From the NCBI GenBank assembly GCA_002726845.1, contig PBSP01000019.1, forward strand, positions 1 through 42,813: a DNA stretch of 42,813 nt, written 5' to 3'. The notes beneath the pieces are model-generated. The model searched no databases. It was not told the origin of the DNA and saw nothing but the letters and a program-made list of their open reading frames with translations. Made by a program: the position numbers and the translations under genes. Source of the DNA: Methanobacteriota archaeon (GTDB lineage: Archaea > Thermoplasmatota > Poseidoniia > Poseidoniales > Poseidoniaceae). Shown one piece after another: positions 7,832 to 16,265 of this stretch. How positions within the stretch are numbered: the first letter of the stretch is position 1; every line of letters starts with the position of its first letter.

Positions 7832-9147
7832 GTGGTAAAGTCGTTCACAAATTTGGGGGATCTTGTCTACGAGAGCCTGTTGACATTCAGAAAATTGCAG
7901 AAGTCATTGAAGGTGAAGAACAAGCCATCCTCGTGGTATCTGCTCTGTGGGGTACCACCGATCGGTTGTACCGTGCCGCAAGGGATCCCGATTATGCAAG
8001 TCGGTTGGTGCAAGACCTGTCAAAACAACATCTCCGTTTCGCACCAGGGCTGGACACTTCCAGAAATGCGCATCTGTTTTCCATGGTTCTTCACAATCTC
8101 AAAGATGCGTTACGTCTCCTTGCGCAGAACCCTGAAGACCGCTCTGCATTGAACAATTTGCTTGCATCGGGTGAGCGACTGAGCGCGCTTGTTGTTGCAC
8201 ATCGGCTTCAACAGTATGGTTACGATGCCTACCCTCTAGGAGCTGAAGACATCGGAATCACGCTCGATGGGAATTATCAAGCAAACCATGTCGACATACA
8301 AGCTTCAAGCATTAAACTTGAGCCAAATACGCTTTACGGCACACCTGTTATTACGGGTTGGTTTGGCGAAGGACAGAACAAGGAAATCGCAATCCTAAGT
8401 AGAGGAGGGTCCGATCACTCTGCAACAGCCATCGCCAACCTCATCGACGCCGACCGTGTCGTCCTCTGGAAAGATGTCCCAGGTATCTTCACGCTCAATC
8501 CACGTTGGGGCGTGCGGTCCGAAACCATACCCTACCTGACTTATCAAGAGGCAATTGAATTGTCGTTGATGGATACACCGGTCCTACACCCATCGACCAT
8601 TGAACCGTTAATCGAACCCAGCATCACTCTTGAAGTCCGTCACCTCTATCATGCAAAAGAAGAGAAAAACACCAAAATCGGACCTCCACGCACTGAAAAA
8701 CAACTCAAAGCAATTGGTTGTTTACCGAATGTAATCAGCCTCGGATTTTCACATCACCATGTGGATTCTCATCAGCGTCAACTCGTCAAAATACTCGGTG
8801 ATTTGGCACAAAATGATGTCCATTGGTGGGGCTTAGAATCAAGATTAGGCGATTCCCGCTTGATTGTTTCTCAACATGACATGCATCGGGCTGCATCCAT
8901 CTTTGAGCGTTTTGACATCGAACCTCAACTCCACCACCACCTCGGACTGCTCTCGCTTATTGGCTGCGATGAGAGCGATGTCGATTCGATCAATGCTGCA
9001 TTTGAAACAACCGAATTTGATTTGACTTGGCTCAATCAAACTTCGTCTGCTGCTCGCGTGGCGATTGATGGCGAAGACCTTGTTCAGGCATTACACATCT
9101 TGCATGATTTGATTCAAGAACGAAATCAATCTTTCATTCAGCAATAA
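7828..9147 (+). CDS. aspartate kinase (amino-acid kinase family with C-terminal regulatory region)
   Basis: 439-aa ORF. It has VVHKFGGSCL, ILVVSALWGTTDRL and SRGGSDHSATAIANLIDADRVVLWKDVPGIFTLNPR blocks. The GTG start overlaps the aroC stop by 4 nt (GTGA at 7828-7831). Confidence 0.75.
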   Translation: MSGKVVHKFGGSCLREPVDIQKIAEVIEGEEQAILVVSALWGTTDRLYRAARDPDYASRLVQDLSKQHLRFAPGLDTSRNAHLFSMVLHNLKDALRLLAQNPEDRSALNNLLASGERLSALVVAHRLQQYGYDAYPLGAEDIGITLDGNYQANHVDIQASSIKLEPNTLYGTPVITGWFGEGQNKEIAILSRGGSDHSATAIANLIDADRVVLWKDVPGIFTLNPRWGVRSETIPYLTYQEAIELSLMDTPVLHPSTIEPLIEPSITLEVRHLYHAKEEKNTKIGPPRTEKQLKAIGCLPNVISLGFSHHHVDSHQRQLVKILGDLAQNDVHWWGLESRLGDSRLIVSQHDMHRAASIFERFDIEPQLHHHLGLLSLIGCDESDVDSINAAFETTEFDLTWLNQTSSAARVAIDGEDLVQALHILHDLIQERNQSFIQQ

Positions 9148-9155
9148 TCGTGAAT

Positions 9156-10076
9156 TCACTCATCGCTTGCTTCTCGGCGCTTCTGTATGTATGCAGGAAG
9201 GTCCAATGCGAACAATCCTCCAACCACGAGGAAGACGAACAAGGTTCCAAGGGCTACACCATACACTGACCCAAGCTCAACGGACTCACGAAGCCGAGTT
9301 GCCGTGTCTTCCGAGAGTATTCCTACAATCCATGGCAAAATTGTGTTTGCTGAAAGAACCAATGTTGCGAGAACTGTTGCAATGATCGGATTAATGATCA
9401 AAGAACGGTGATATTTACCAACGATTTTCTTAGGATTCATGACATAAACCTCATTGGTACGAATGCTAGTATCCAGCATTGAATAACGGAGAACGCCGTT
9501 TGACAATTCAAAATACATGATGAGAAGAACGGAATAAATCACGACCAATGAAGCAAGCACGGTGGGGCTATCAGCGAGTCCAAACAGATCGTTTACACTC
9601 GTTTTCGATGATGCGAAACGCATGATTGCCAAAATGAACAGGAGGTAGGAGCCCAGCATATAGCGAGCGTCCCTTTGGTAAGCACCCCAGAATCCAAGAC
9701 CCGTTGCGCCAACGATAATTCCTATTTGGAACAGCAGTGCGAGATCTGCACTACCAAGCAAGAGGAACCAAATGGTGCCTTCTGGTGGTGAAATGATGTA
9801 GGTGAGGAGTGCAAGACCGATGAGAATGACGTAAACTCCAAGCTGCATGTTCTGAACGAACTTGTCCGGCGGAAGAAACTTCATTTTTGGAACGATTGGA
9901 CCGCCGATTAAACTTTCAATGAAGGAAGGCATTTCCAATTCAGGTATCGCCTCTTTAGGGATTTCCGAACCAATTCCCATTTGTCCAGCAATCTTCTTGC
10001 GGCTTGGAGCAGAAGACCGAACAACCTTTCCATCGTAGAGATGGCTTGTGTCCGAAGTTGTCTTTCGCATGGTCAT
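9156..10076 (-). CDS. polytopic membrane protein (about six hydrophobic helices), last gene of the MoxR module
   Basis: The track ORF starts at a TTG at 10082. I prefer the ATG at 10076, 8 nt downstream of a GAGGTG box (10085-10090). A hydrophilic N-terminus of about 85 aa is followed by helices such as GVYVILIGLALLTYII, IWFLLLGSADLALLFQIGIIVGATGLGFWGA and GVALGTLFVFLVVGGLFAL. No family recognised. Confidence 0.6.
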   Translation of the reverse strand: MTMRKTTSDTSHLYDGKVVRSSAPSRKKIAGQMGIGSEIPKEAIPELEMPSFIESLIGGPIVPKMKFLPPDKFVQNMQLGVYVILIGLALLTYIISPPEGTIWFLLLGSADLALLFQIGIIVGATGLGFWGAYQRDARYMLGSYLLFILAIMRFASSKTSVNDLFGLADSPTVLASLVVIYSVLLIMYFELSNGVLRYSMLDTSIRTNEVYVMNPKKIVGKYHRSLIINPIIATVLATLVLSANTILPWIVGILSEDTATRLRESVELGSVYGVALGTLFVFLVVGGLFALDLPAYIQKRREASDE

Positions 10077-10084
10077 TGTCAATT

Positions 10085-10090
10085 CACCTC
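10085..10090 (-). promoter_or_regulatory. Shine-Dalgarno box GAGGTG, 8 nt upstream of the ATG at 10076
   Basis: Plus-strand cacctc at 10085-10090; overlaps the DUF58 stop codon. Confidence 0.55.
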
Positions 10091-11402
10091 AAAATCCTCT
10101 TGCACCTGCAAGCGCAGTTGAAAGCAACATATCCGGCTCCCAATCCATGATGTTCACGCCAAGTCCACGCAGTTCCCCGATCAAAACATCGCGTTCCGTC
10201 TTCATGACCTCATACCCTGTTCGATCGAGGCGTTTCGCATCAAATTCAAACTCGAGCGAAGATGGAGAGAGTACGGTAACATCGAAGTCACGAGCCCTGA
10301 AGTCTCTCAATGCGTTGACAATTGTTGGATCGTCCTCAAGATTCGACAGGAAGATGATTGGGCTGCCCTTGTTGATGTGCGGTAGAATTCGGTTGACAAC
10401 AACTTGCAGAGGTATGTTTCCACGAGCAACAGCCCCTGCCAATTTGGTTAGGATAACGTAAAGCTGTTTCTTGCCCGTGTCGCGGTCGACACTCACGACT
10501 TCATCACCATAAACGACGACGCCGACAGAATCTCGACGACCTAGGAAGTACTTTGCAAGGGATGCGGCTGCACGAGTGGAATAGACCAATGCATTTCGAC
10601 TAACTGGGCCCGTTTCACTCACCGCTCTTGAATCGATGATGATGATGACATCGGAAACAGCGTCCCGCTCTCGCTCATTGACCATCAATTTTCCAGAGCG
10701 CGCATAAGCATTCCAATTGATTGCTCGGAAGGAGTCGCCGTCAAAATACTCTCGAAGCGAATAAAATTCCGAACCAGGACCTGGTTGTCTGATGTTGACT
10801 GCCCCCGTGAAGATTTTTGGTACACGGGATTTAACGAAGGTCTCTTTGAGGTCTTCCATTTTCGGGAACACAAGGAAATCATTGTAGACATGCATTTCTT
10901 TTTCCTTGTGAAACAATCCAAACGGGTCTTGGACACGGACCGCCACTGGACCCACACTGTAGAAGCCGCGCAACGGACACTCAAGCGTGTACTCGATGTA
11001 GGTTTCCCGACGTGGACCCAGTTCCATCAGAATGTAGTTTGAGCCTTCTTTGATTCGCATGACTTCAGGAACTCGGTCTCGAACCTCGAGAATTTTTGCA
11101 AGTCCAGAGTTGTTCTGCATCCGTAACGTAACGGTGAGTTCTCCGTCCTCAAAGATTCGCGCCCCTGAGAGTTTGCGCATAGCAAGGACACTGCCTAAGG
11201 CAACGCCTTCTTCACCCATCCACTCTTCGGCTCGTCGTCCGCTGGAAGCAACGTCAGCATGGCCACCAAAAAGGGCAGCCCACGTCAAGAACACAAAGAT
11301 GACCACTGCGATTGTGACCAACTGTGAGTTTCTTAGCGTGAGACCAAGGAGGTACATGGCAACCGCCATACTCCCCAGCATTGCTGATTTACGACTCCAC
11401 AT
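10089..11402 (-). CDS. DUF58 family protein (vWA-like, MoxR partner)
   Basis: 437-aa ORF. Two N-terminal TM helices are followed by YSLREYFDGDSFRAINWNAYARSGKLMVNERERD and IIIIDSRA blocks typical of DUF58. It lies immediately downstream of MoxR. A GAGGTG SD lies at 11410-11415. Confidence 0.8.
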   Translation of the reverse strand: MWSRKSAMLGSMAVAMYLLGLTLRNSQLVTIAVVIFVFLTWAALFGGHADVASSGRRAEEWMGEEGVALGSVLAMRKLSGARIFEDGELTVTLRMQNNSGLAKILEVRDRVPEVMRIKEGSNYILMELGPRRETYIEYTLECPLRGFYSVGPVAVRVQDPFGLFHKEKEMHVYNDFLVFPKMEDLKETFVKSRVPKIFTGAVNIRQPGPGSEFYSLREYFDGDSFRAINWNAYARSGKLMVNERERDAVSDVIIIIDSRAVSETGPVSRNALVYSTRAAASLAKYFLGRRDSVGVVVYGDEVVSVDRDTGKKQLYVILTKLAGAVARGNIPLQVVVNRILPHINKGSPIIFLSNLEDDPTIVNALRDFRARDFDVTVLSPSSLEFEFDAKRLDRTGYEVMKTERDVLIGELRGLGVNIMDWEPDMLLSTALAGARGF

Positions 11403-11409
11403 CCGAGAA

Positions 11410-11415
11410 CACCTC
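11410..11415 (-). promoter_or_regulatory. Shine-Dalgarno box GAGGTG, 7 nt upstream of the DUF58 ATG
   Basis: Plus-strand cacctc at 11410-11415. Confidence 0.55.
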
Positions 11416-11438
11416 TAGTCAAGTATGATTTAACGATC

Positions 11439-12581
11439 TCAAACGGTAGGTACTGGAACTTCTCGTAGAATGCTTTGCATAACTTCGCCAGCCTCAAGAC
11501 CTTTAATTTGGTGCTCTGGCTTGAGAATCATTCTGTGTGCAATTGCAAGTTCTGCGATTGATTTCACATCATCAGGCGTTACGAAGTCACGACCTCGCAT
11601 TGCGGCTGCGGCACGAGAGGTCTTGAGCAACGCTTGAGAACCACGAGGCGAAGAACCGACAAGAACGCGAGGATCTTCACGCGTTCGAGCAACTACTTCG
11701 ACCATGTACATACGAATGGCAGGATCGACATAGATGTCTTCACAGGCTTGTTGCATTGCGATAACACGCTGCGGGTCGGTGATAACGTCAACATCGACTG
11801 CGTCCTTTCCACGTGTGATACGTCGAGCAAGGATTTCATCTTCATCAGCACGGTCTGGGTAACCAACACTCATCTTGAACATGAAACGGTCAAGTTGAGC
11901 TTCTGGAAGCGGGTATGTACCCTCTTGTTCGACCGGGTTTTGAGTCGCCATAACAATGAACGGTGCAGGGAGTTTGTGAGTGACGGTACCGATTGTCACT
12001 TGCTTCTCTTGCATAGCTTCAAGCAATGCTGCTTGTGTCTTTGGCGGAGCACGGTTGATCTCGTCAGCGAGGAGTAGGTTGCAGAACAATGGTCCTGGCT
12101 TGAATGTAAATTCACCTTTCTTTGCGTCATAGATGTTGGTACCTGTGATGTCAGCCGGTAGCAAGTCAGGCGTGAATTGTACACGCTTAAAGTCACAACC
12201 GAGTGCATCAGCGAACGTGTTGGTCATCAAGGTCTTTGCCAATCCAGGGTAATCCTCAAACAAGAGGTTTCCGTTGGAAAGGATGTTGATGAGCACGTTA
12301 TCGATGACGTGGCTCTTACCGATGATGACTTTCTGGACTTCGGCACTGATCGCTTGTGCGATGGCGCCAACGGCGGAAAGTCGCTCTCGGACTTCAGGGG
12401 TGCTTTGGTGCTTCGGCTTGGCCGGAGCGGCCGGTGCTGCAGGTGCGGCAGGCGCCACTGGGGCTGCTGGTGCTACCGGAGCGGCTGGTGCCGCTGGTGC
12501 TGCAGGCGCAGGTGGTGCTGGTGCCGCTGGCGCTGCTGGCGCTGGCGCGGGCGGGGCTGCTGGTGGTGCGGGGGGTTGCAT
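11439..12581 (-). CDS. moxR: MoxR-family AAA+ ATPase (AAA_3 / MoxR-proper type) with Pro/Ala-rich N-terminal extension
   Basis: 380-aa ORF. It has GNLLFEDYPGLAKT (Walker A variant), RVQFTPDLLPADITG, LLLADEINRAPPKTQAALLEAMQE (Walker B / sensor region), VMATQNP and GSSPRG blocks. A GGAGG SD lies at 12590-12594. Confidence 0.9.
   Translation of the reverse strand: MQPPAPPAAPPAPAPAAPAAPAPPAPAAPAAPAAPVAPAAPVAPAAPAAPAAPAKPKHQSTPEVRERLSAVGAIAQAISAEVQKVIIGKSHVIDNVLINILSNGNLLFEDYPGLAKTLMTNTFADALGCDFKRVQFTPDLLPADITGTNIYDAKKGEFTFKPGPLFCNLLLADEINRAPPKTQAALLEAMQEKQVTIGTVTHKLPAPFIVMATQNPVEQEGTYPLPEAQLDRFMFKMSVGYPDRADEDEILARRITRGKDAVDVDVITDPQRVIAMQQACEDIYVDPAIRMYMVEVVARTREDPRVLVGSSPRGSQALLKTSRAAAAMRGRDFVTPDDVKSIAELAIAHRMILKPEHQIKGLEAGEVMQSILREVPVPTV
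12420..12581 (-). repeat. GC-rich imperfect short tandem repeats encoding a Pro/Ala tract of about 53 residues at the MoxR N-terminus
   Basis: The plus strand reads as reiterated gctgg(t/c)gc(t/c/g) units. The translation is QPPAPPAAPPAPAPAAPAAPAPPAPAAPAAPAAPVAPAAPVAPAAPAAPAAPA. The tract also generates three spurious Gly/Ala or Cys/Arg/Trp-rich antisense ORFs. Confidence 0.8.
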
Positions 12582-12589
12582 GTCATTTT

Positions 12590-12594
12590 CCTCC
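12590..12594 (-). promoter_or_regulatory. Shine-Dalgarno box GGAGG (within AGGAGGAA), 8 nt upstream of the moxR ATG
   Basis: Plus-strand ttcctcct at 12588-12595. Confidence 0.6.
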
Positions 12595-12602
12595 TATTTT
12601 CT

Positions 12603-14195
12603 TCAGTTTCCCCAACGACGAATAATCGGTATAATGTTCCGAAGTTCTTCGTTGGAATATGATCGTGCTGAACTTACCAGTTCAACAAGGCGTGGGTCAC
12701 GAACCATCTGCATGATTTCTGCAGGGGTTTTGCGGGCAAACTCGTCCCGCGTGAGGTCATTAAACTGCCGAACCTTTGAGAGGAATGCCTCTCGGACTCG
12801 GACTTGGTACAGCGATGAATCAACTTTTGTTGGACGTTCTCTGAATCGAGTGAGATCGAAAACATGTCTCCAATTCTCTTTTTCAGGTACGACCATAATC
12901 GCTATTGCAAGAAGTGCAAAGAGATTGAGAATGATGAGCCACTTTAGGTAAACATCACTCGTCAACAAGACAACTGCACCAATGGCTTCAGTGAACGGCT
13001 GAGTTGCAATGCTCGAAACGTGACGGCTCTCATCAAACACGACATTGAATTCATCAACATTGCGCGTGATTGTGGACGACAATTCATCGTTGTCAAATTC
13101 CATCATGTCACGTATCAAGGCACGGAAGAACAGTTCGTTTCCTTGCCATGTAGTATCACCCCGAGATGACGACAAACCGTCAGGATCGGTGGACCAGCAG
13201 GTGTGACCGTTTTGGATGTAAATTTCGCCGCACTGCTGCTTTCCGGTGAGATCTGCATCAGCTCGATTCCACAAATGGTTTGCAAAGACCGAATGGTCTG
13301 AAACGAACACGATGCTGCCCGTTACCGAAACTTCACCCAGTGTGTTTGATCCAGACATTCTATCGTATGTGTTTATGCCCGGATAATCGATTCGGACGAT
13401 TAAATCCGTTTTCCCAGTCTTGGGGTTGTTGGCGCTGTTGATGTCAAAGTTACCACCTGTTGCTACAAAAGCTTGATCGCTTGCGGATGCAAGAACGCTT
13501 ACTTGTCTTGAATCATCCTCCAGGTCAAGAACCTGTATCGCGGTTGGCGCATGGAAGAGTACAGGCATACGACAATTGTCAACAGCATCAGAGTTGACCG
13601 CTGCTTCAGTACAAGGTGTGCGAAGTGAAGGTTCGTCCATCAAATCGAGGTCTTGGTTGACCGAGGCTACGGACCATAACTTGGTTTCCTGCGGAGGCAT
13701 GCGTACCTCACTTTGATCGGTTACTTCATAGAACCATTTTCGGTCAGAGACGGGAGCATCAAAATAATTTACACCAAATTCTTCACCAACACGCTTTGCG
13801 TTGGTTGAGTTGGCAGCAAGGATTACTTTTCCTCCCTTTTCGGTAACGAAATCATGAATGGCTTGAGCTTCTGCAGCATCAAACGGTTTTTCTGGTGCTG
13901 CTATAACAAGCATGGTTCGATGTGGATCTTGCCAATCGTTGACAAGCATCGGAGTTGACATAGTGTTGTAAATCGAATAACCCTCACCTTCTTTTCCTTC
14001 CCCTAGGGAATCGCGCATCTTCGAAAGTTGTTGATACTGGAAATCTCCTTCAGCATCTCGGACATATGGCGAGAACACCGTTTCTTTCGAGGATGAGGCT
14101 GCAATGATGAGTGTGGTTGAAAGAAGAATTGAGACCACAAGTCCAATCATAAGTTTCTTTTCGACAGAGAGTTTTGTTTTCCCTGTCTCTACCAT
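12603..14195 (-). CDS. bitopic membrane protein, DUF4350-like extracytoplasmic domain
   Basis: 530-aa ORF. An N-terminal signal-anchor (LMIGLVVSILLSTTLIIAA) and a large hydrophilic domain containing TMLVIAAPEKPFDAAEAQAIHDFVTEKGGKVILAANS are followed by a second TM (WLIILNLFALLAIAIMVV) and a basic helical tail of about 95 aa. The position directly upstream of MoxR-DUF58 matches the DUF4350 slot of such operons as I recall them. A GAGGTGA SD lies at 14200-14206. The family call is tentative. Confidence 0.55.
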   Translation of the reverse strand: MVETGKTKLSVEKKLMIGLVVSILLSTTLIIAASSSKETVFSPYVRDAEGDFQYQQLSKMRDSLGEGKEGEGYSIYNTMSTPMLVNDWQDPHRTMLVIAAPEKPFDAAEAQAIHDFVTEKGGKVILAANSTNAKRVGEEFGVNYFDAPVSDRKWFYEVTDQSEVRMPPQETKLWSVASVNQDLDLMDEPSLRTPCTEAAVNSDAVDNCRMPVLFHAPTAIQVLDLEDDSRQVSVLASASDQAFVATGGNFDINSANNPKTGKTDLIVRIDYPGINTYDRMSGSNTLGEVSVTGSIVFVSDHSVFANHLWNRADADLTGKQQCGEIYIQNGHTCWSTDPDGLSSSRGDTTWQGNELFFRALIRDMMEFDNDELSSTITRNVDEFNVVFDESRHVSSIATQPFTEAIGAVVLLTSDVYLKWLIILNLFALLAIAIMVVPEKENWRHVFDLTRFRERPTKVDSSLYQVRVREAFLSKVRQFNDLTRDEFARKTPAEIMQMVRDPRLVELVSSARSYSNEELRNIIPIIRRWGN

Positions 14196-14199
14196 AATT

Positions 14200-14206
14200 T
14201 CACCTC
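14200..14206 (-). promoter_or_regulatory. Shine-Dalgarno box GAGGTGA, 4 nt upstream of the ATG at 14195
   Basis: Plus-strand tcacctc at 14200-14206. Confidence 0.55.
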
Positions 14207-14322
14207 ATTCTGCGGCAAGCGCAGTATGTTCTTTTCATCGGAATCAAGATACACACATAATGATTCTCCCTTGACGTTTAGAGGAATTTTGTCCAAAGAC
14301 CCCTGCATGCTTCAGGCTCTAA

Positions 14323-15291
14323 TCAGCCAACATCGAGGCGATTACGACGGAGAAAGGCAACGATTCCCAACAAAACAAACACACTTTGTGAACCAAGGGT
14401 TGGTAGGGCCGAGGAACCGTCCGAATCGGACTCGGAATTGGATGCACTCGACCCCGTATCTCCTGCATCCGAAGACTGACCACCTCCTGCCTCATCAATA
14501 GCGATTTCAAACACTGTGCTGCGTTCCAATCCGTTTCCTTCCGAGGTGACGATGATCATCACTTCGCATGTCCTCGAAGAATGGGCAGATGACGGAGCGA
14601 TTCGAAATCTGACCTCTGCTGGTGGATTGTCATCAACCCCAGTTGGTTGGATTTGAGTGTTTTCGCCTTCCTCAAAGCCATCCACATCCAAGAGAGGGCA
14701 TCCACGGACTTCCGCTTCTATTTTGCTTGCAGCATCCACGCTGTTGCCCATGTTTTTCAGAAGCAGCGTCTCTTCAACCCAAGTTCCAGCATCGACGGAA
14801 CTAACCACCAGATTCACCTCTGGTAAGAGATTATGATGCCTTGGAATGTTCAGGTCTGCATCAATTTCTTTCGGAGAAACAGGAGCACCTGCGGCACTTT
14901 CCTCAGCAGTTACACGAATTGATATTTTATCGCTTGGAGAATGGGCTCGTACATCATCTCCATTTGAGGTGGTCAACGCAATTGAAAACGTCTCGTTTGA
15001 TTGTGCGTTTACGGTAATGGACTCTTCAAATGAGGCATCTATAAACGCAACATCATCTTCAAATTCGACGCTTATTGAAAGACTGAGGTCGTTGACTCGC
15101 GGATTGTCAACGTAAAACACCAATGTGTCCTCTATCTTCCACTTTTCACCATCAAGAGCAAGATCATAACTTGGCTCAACCTCAGAGTCCCAACCAAATT
15201 CCCACTCATTGTTTGAGGGAAATTGTGCTGAGTGAGCAGGCAGCACTGCCAAAGCCAGGAGTGTCACCAAAAAAAAACTGTTTTTCTTCAT
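14323..15291 (-). CDS. secreted, C-terminally anchored protein with two beta-sandwich-like regions
   Basis: Trimmed to the ATG at 15291 (MKKNSFFLVTLLALAVLPAHSAQF, a signal peptide). This start overlaps the FAD-subunit stop by 4 nt (ATGA). An in-frame ATG at 15321 is an alternative. A Ser/Gly/Asp linker is followed by ...SSALPTLGSQSVFVLLGIVAFLRRNRLDVG, i.e. a hydrophobic helix plus basic tail. Confidence 0.65.
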   Translation of the reverse strand: MKKNSFFLVTLLALAVLPAHSAQFPSNNEWEFGWDSEVEPSYDLALDGEKWKIEDTLVFYVDNPRVNDLSLSISVEFEDDVAFIDASFEESITVNAQSNETFSIALTTSNGDDVRAHSPSDKISIRVTAEESAAGAPVSPKEIDADLNIPRHHNLLPEVNLVVSSVDAGTWVEETLLLKNMGNSVDAASKIEAEVRGCPLLDVDGFEEGENTQIQPTGVDDNPPAEVRFRIAPSSAHSSRTCEVMIIVTSEGNGLERSTVFEIAIDEAGGGQSSDAGDTGSSASNSESDSDGSSALPTLGSQSVFVLLGIVAFLRRNRLDVG

Positions 15292-16265
15292 TCCGCATCC
15301 CCTATGATCTCTTGAAGGCATCGTTTTGCAAGGACTTTGACCATTGATTTTCGATACCTTGGCGGAAGCGCCGTGTTGTTGACCGGTTTTATGGATTTCA
15401 TCATAGCATTCGAGAGTTGAAGGATTTTGTCCGTAGAAAAACCACCGTCGAGCTTGTCAATTTCTTGTTGATGCAAGCGAGGTATGGACTCAAGCGCAGT
15501 TGAAGCAATGCGAAGCGATGAGATATCGCCTTCAATCCAAGATGCTGCTACACCTGCTTCGGGAAAATCCCACGATTCTCGTACTCGGAGTTTCTTGTAG
15601 GATCCTACTCTGTTCTCAACGCCTTCAGGGAATGTGACTTTGAGGATGAACTCACCTTCTTCAAGCACGTTGCGAGTGATGCCATCAAGTTGAAAGAACT
15701 CCTCCACAGGAATTTGGCGTTCTCCGTTCGGACCAATGATGTGGAGGAGCCCTTCAAGGACCATCAAGGACGGTGCGACATCGCCTTGGTAGGTCGCAAC
15801 ACAGAGTGTGTTCTGATTTGGAATGACGCGACAATCCGAACCCGTCCCACAATCTTCTTTGTGACACCAATCAATGGAACGACGCCAATCCTCGCTTTGA
15901 TTGAACCAAAAACAGCGCGTATCAAGACATATATTTCCGCCAAGCGTGGCATTGTTACGAATCAAGGATGAGGCAACCTTACCGGCTGCCTGAGCGATGA
16001 GTGGGTGCACATCACTCGATGAGGCAATGGAACCGAGTCGGGCCATCGCTCCTATTTCGTGCATCGAAATCGTGTCAATGCCTTGAACACGTGCTAGAGA
16101 AATGACGTGTTGTTTGACATTGATGTGCCATTTGTAATTTGGCAACAAATCCGTTCCTCCAGCAACCCAATCAAAGGATTCTTTGGCTTCAATGAAGCCC
16201 GCAGCCAGTTCACAGGCCTCTTCGATGGTTGAGGGATGGTGCAGGTGGAACGGAGGCATCAACAT
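15288..16265 (-). CDS. FAD-binding (medium) subunit of XDH/aldehyde oxidase/CODH-family molybdoenzyme
   Basis: It starts at the ATG at 16265, 7 nt downstream of a GGAGGTG box (16273-16279); the GTG at 16268 is the track start. F-x-L-H-x-P-x-T-x-x-E-A and VAGGTDLLPNYK near the N-terminus, plus NNATLGGNI, are typical of CoxM/XdhB-like FAD subunits. Confidence 0.85.
   Translation of the reverse strand: MLMPPFHLHHPSTIEEACELAAGFIEAKESFDWVAGGTDLLPNYKWHINVKQHVISLARVQGIDTISMHEIGAMARLGSIASSSDVHPLIAQAAGKVASSLIRNNATLGGNICLDTRCFWFNQSEDWRRSIDWCHKEDCGTGSDCRVIPNQNTLCVATYQGDVAPSLMVLEGLLHIIGPNGERQIPVEEFFQLDGITRNVLEEGEFILKVTFPEGVENRVGSYKKLRVRESWDFPEAGVAASWIEGDISSLRIASTALESIPRLHQQEIDKLDGGFSTDKILQLSNAMMKSIKPVNNTALPPRYRKSMVKVLAKRCLQEIIGDAE

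Noticed and set aside
12177-12951. Three plus-strand ORFs (161, 225 and 89 aa) rich in Gly/Ala or Cys/Arg/Trp
   Set aside because: They are antisense or out-of-frame shadows of the GC-rich Pro/Ala microrepeat and the 5' part of moxR. They have low-complexity translations and no start context.
14211-14225. Small inverted repeat ctgcg-gcaag-cgcag in the 127-bp spacer upstream of the DUF4350-like gene
   Set aside because: It has only a 5-bp stem and no flanking T-run. This is too weak to call a terminator or regulatory hairpin.
14350-14420. ALPTLG near the C-terminus of the secreted protein read as a sortase LPXTG motif
   Set aside because: The sequence is L-P-T-L-G, not L-P-x-T-G, and classical sortase A systems are not expected in archaea. 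It is kept only as a generic sorting-signal-like anchor.
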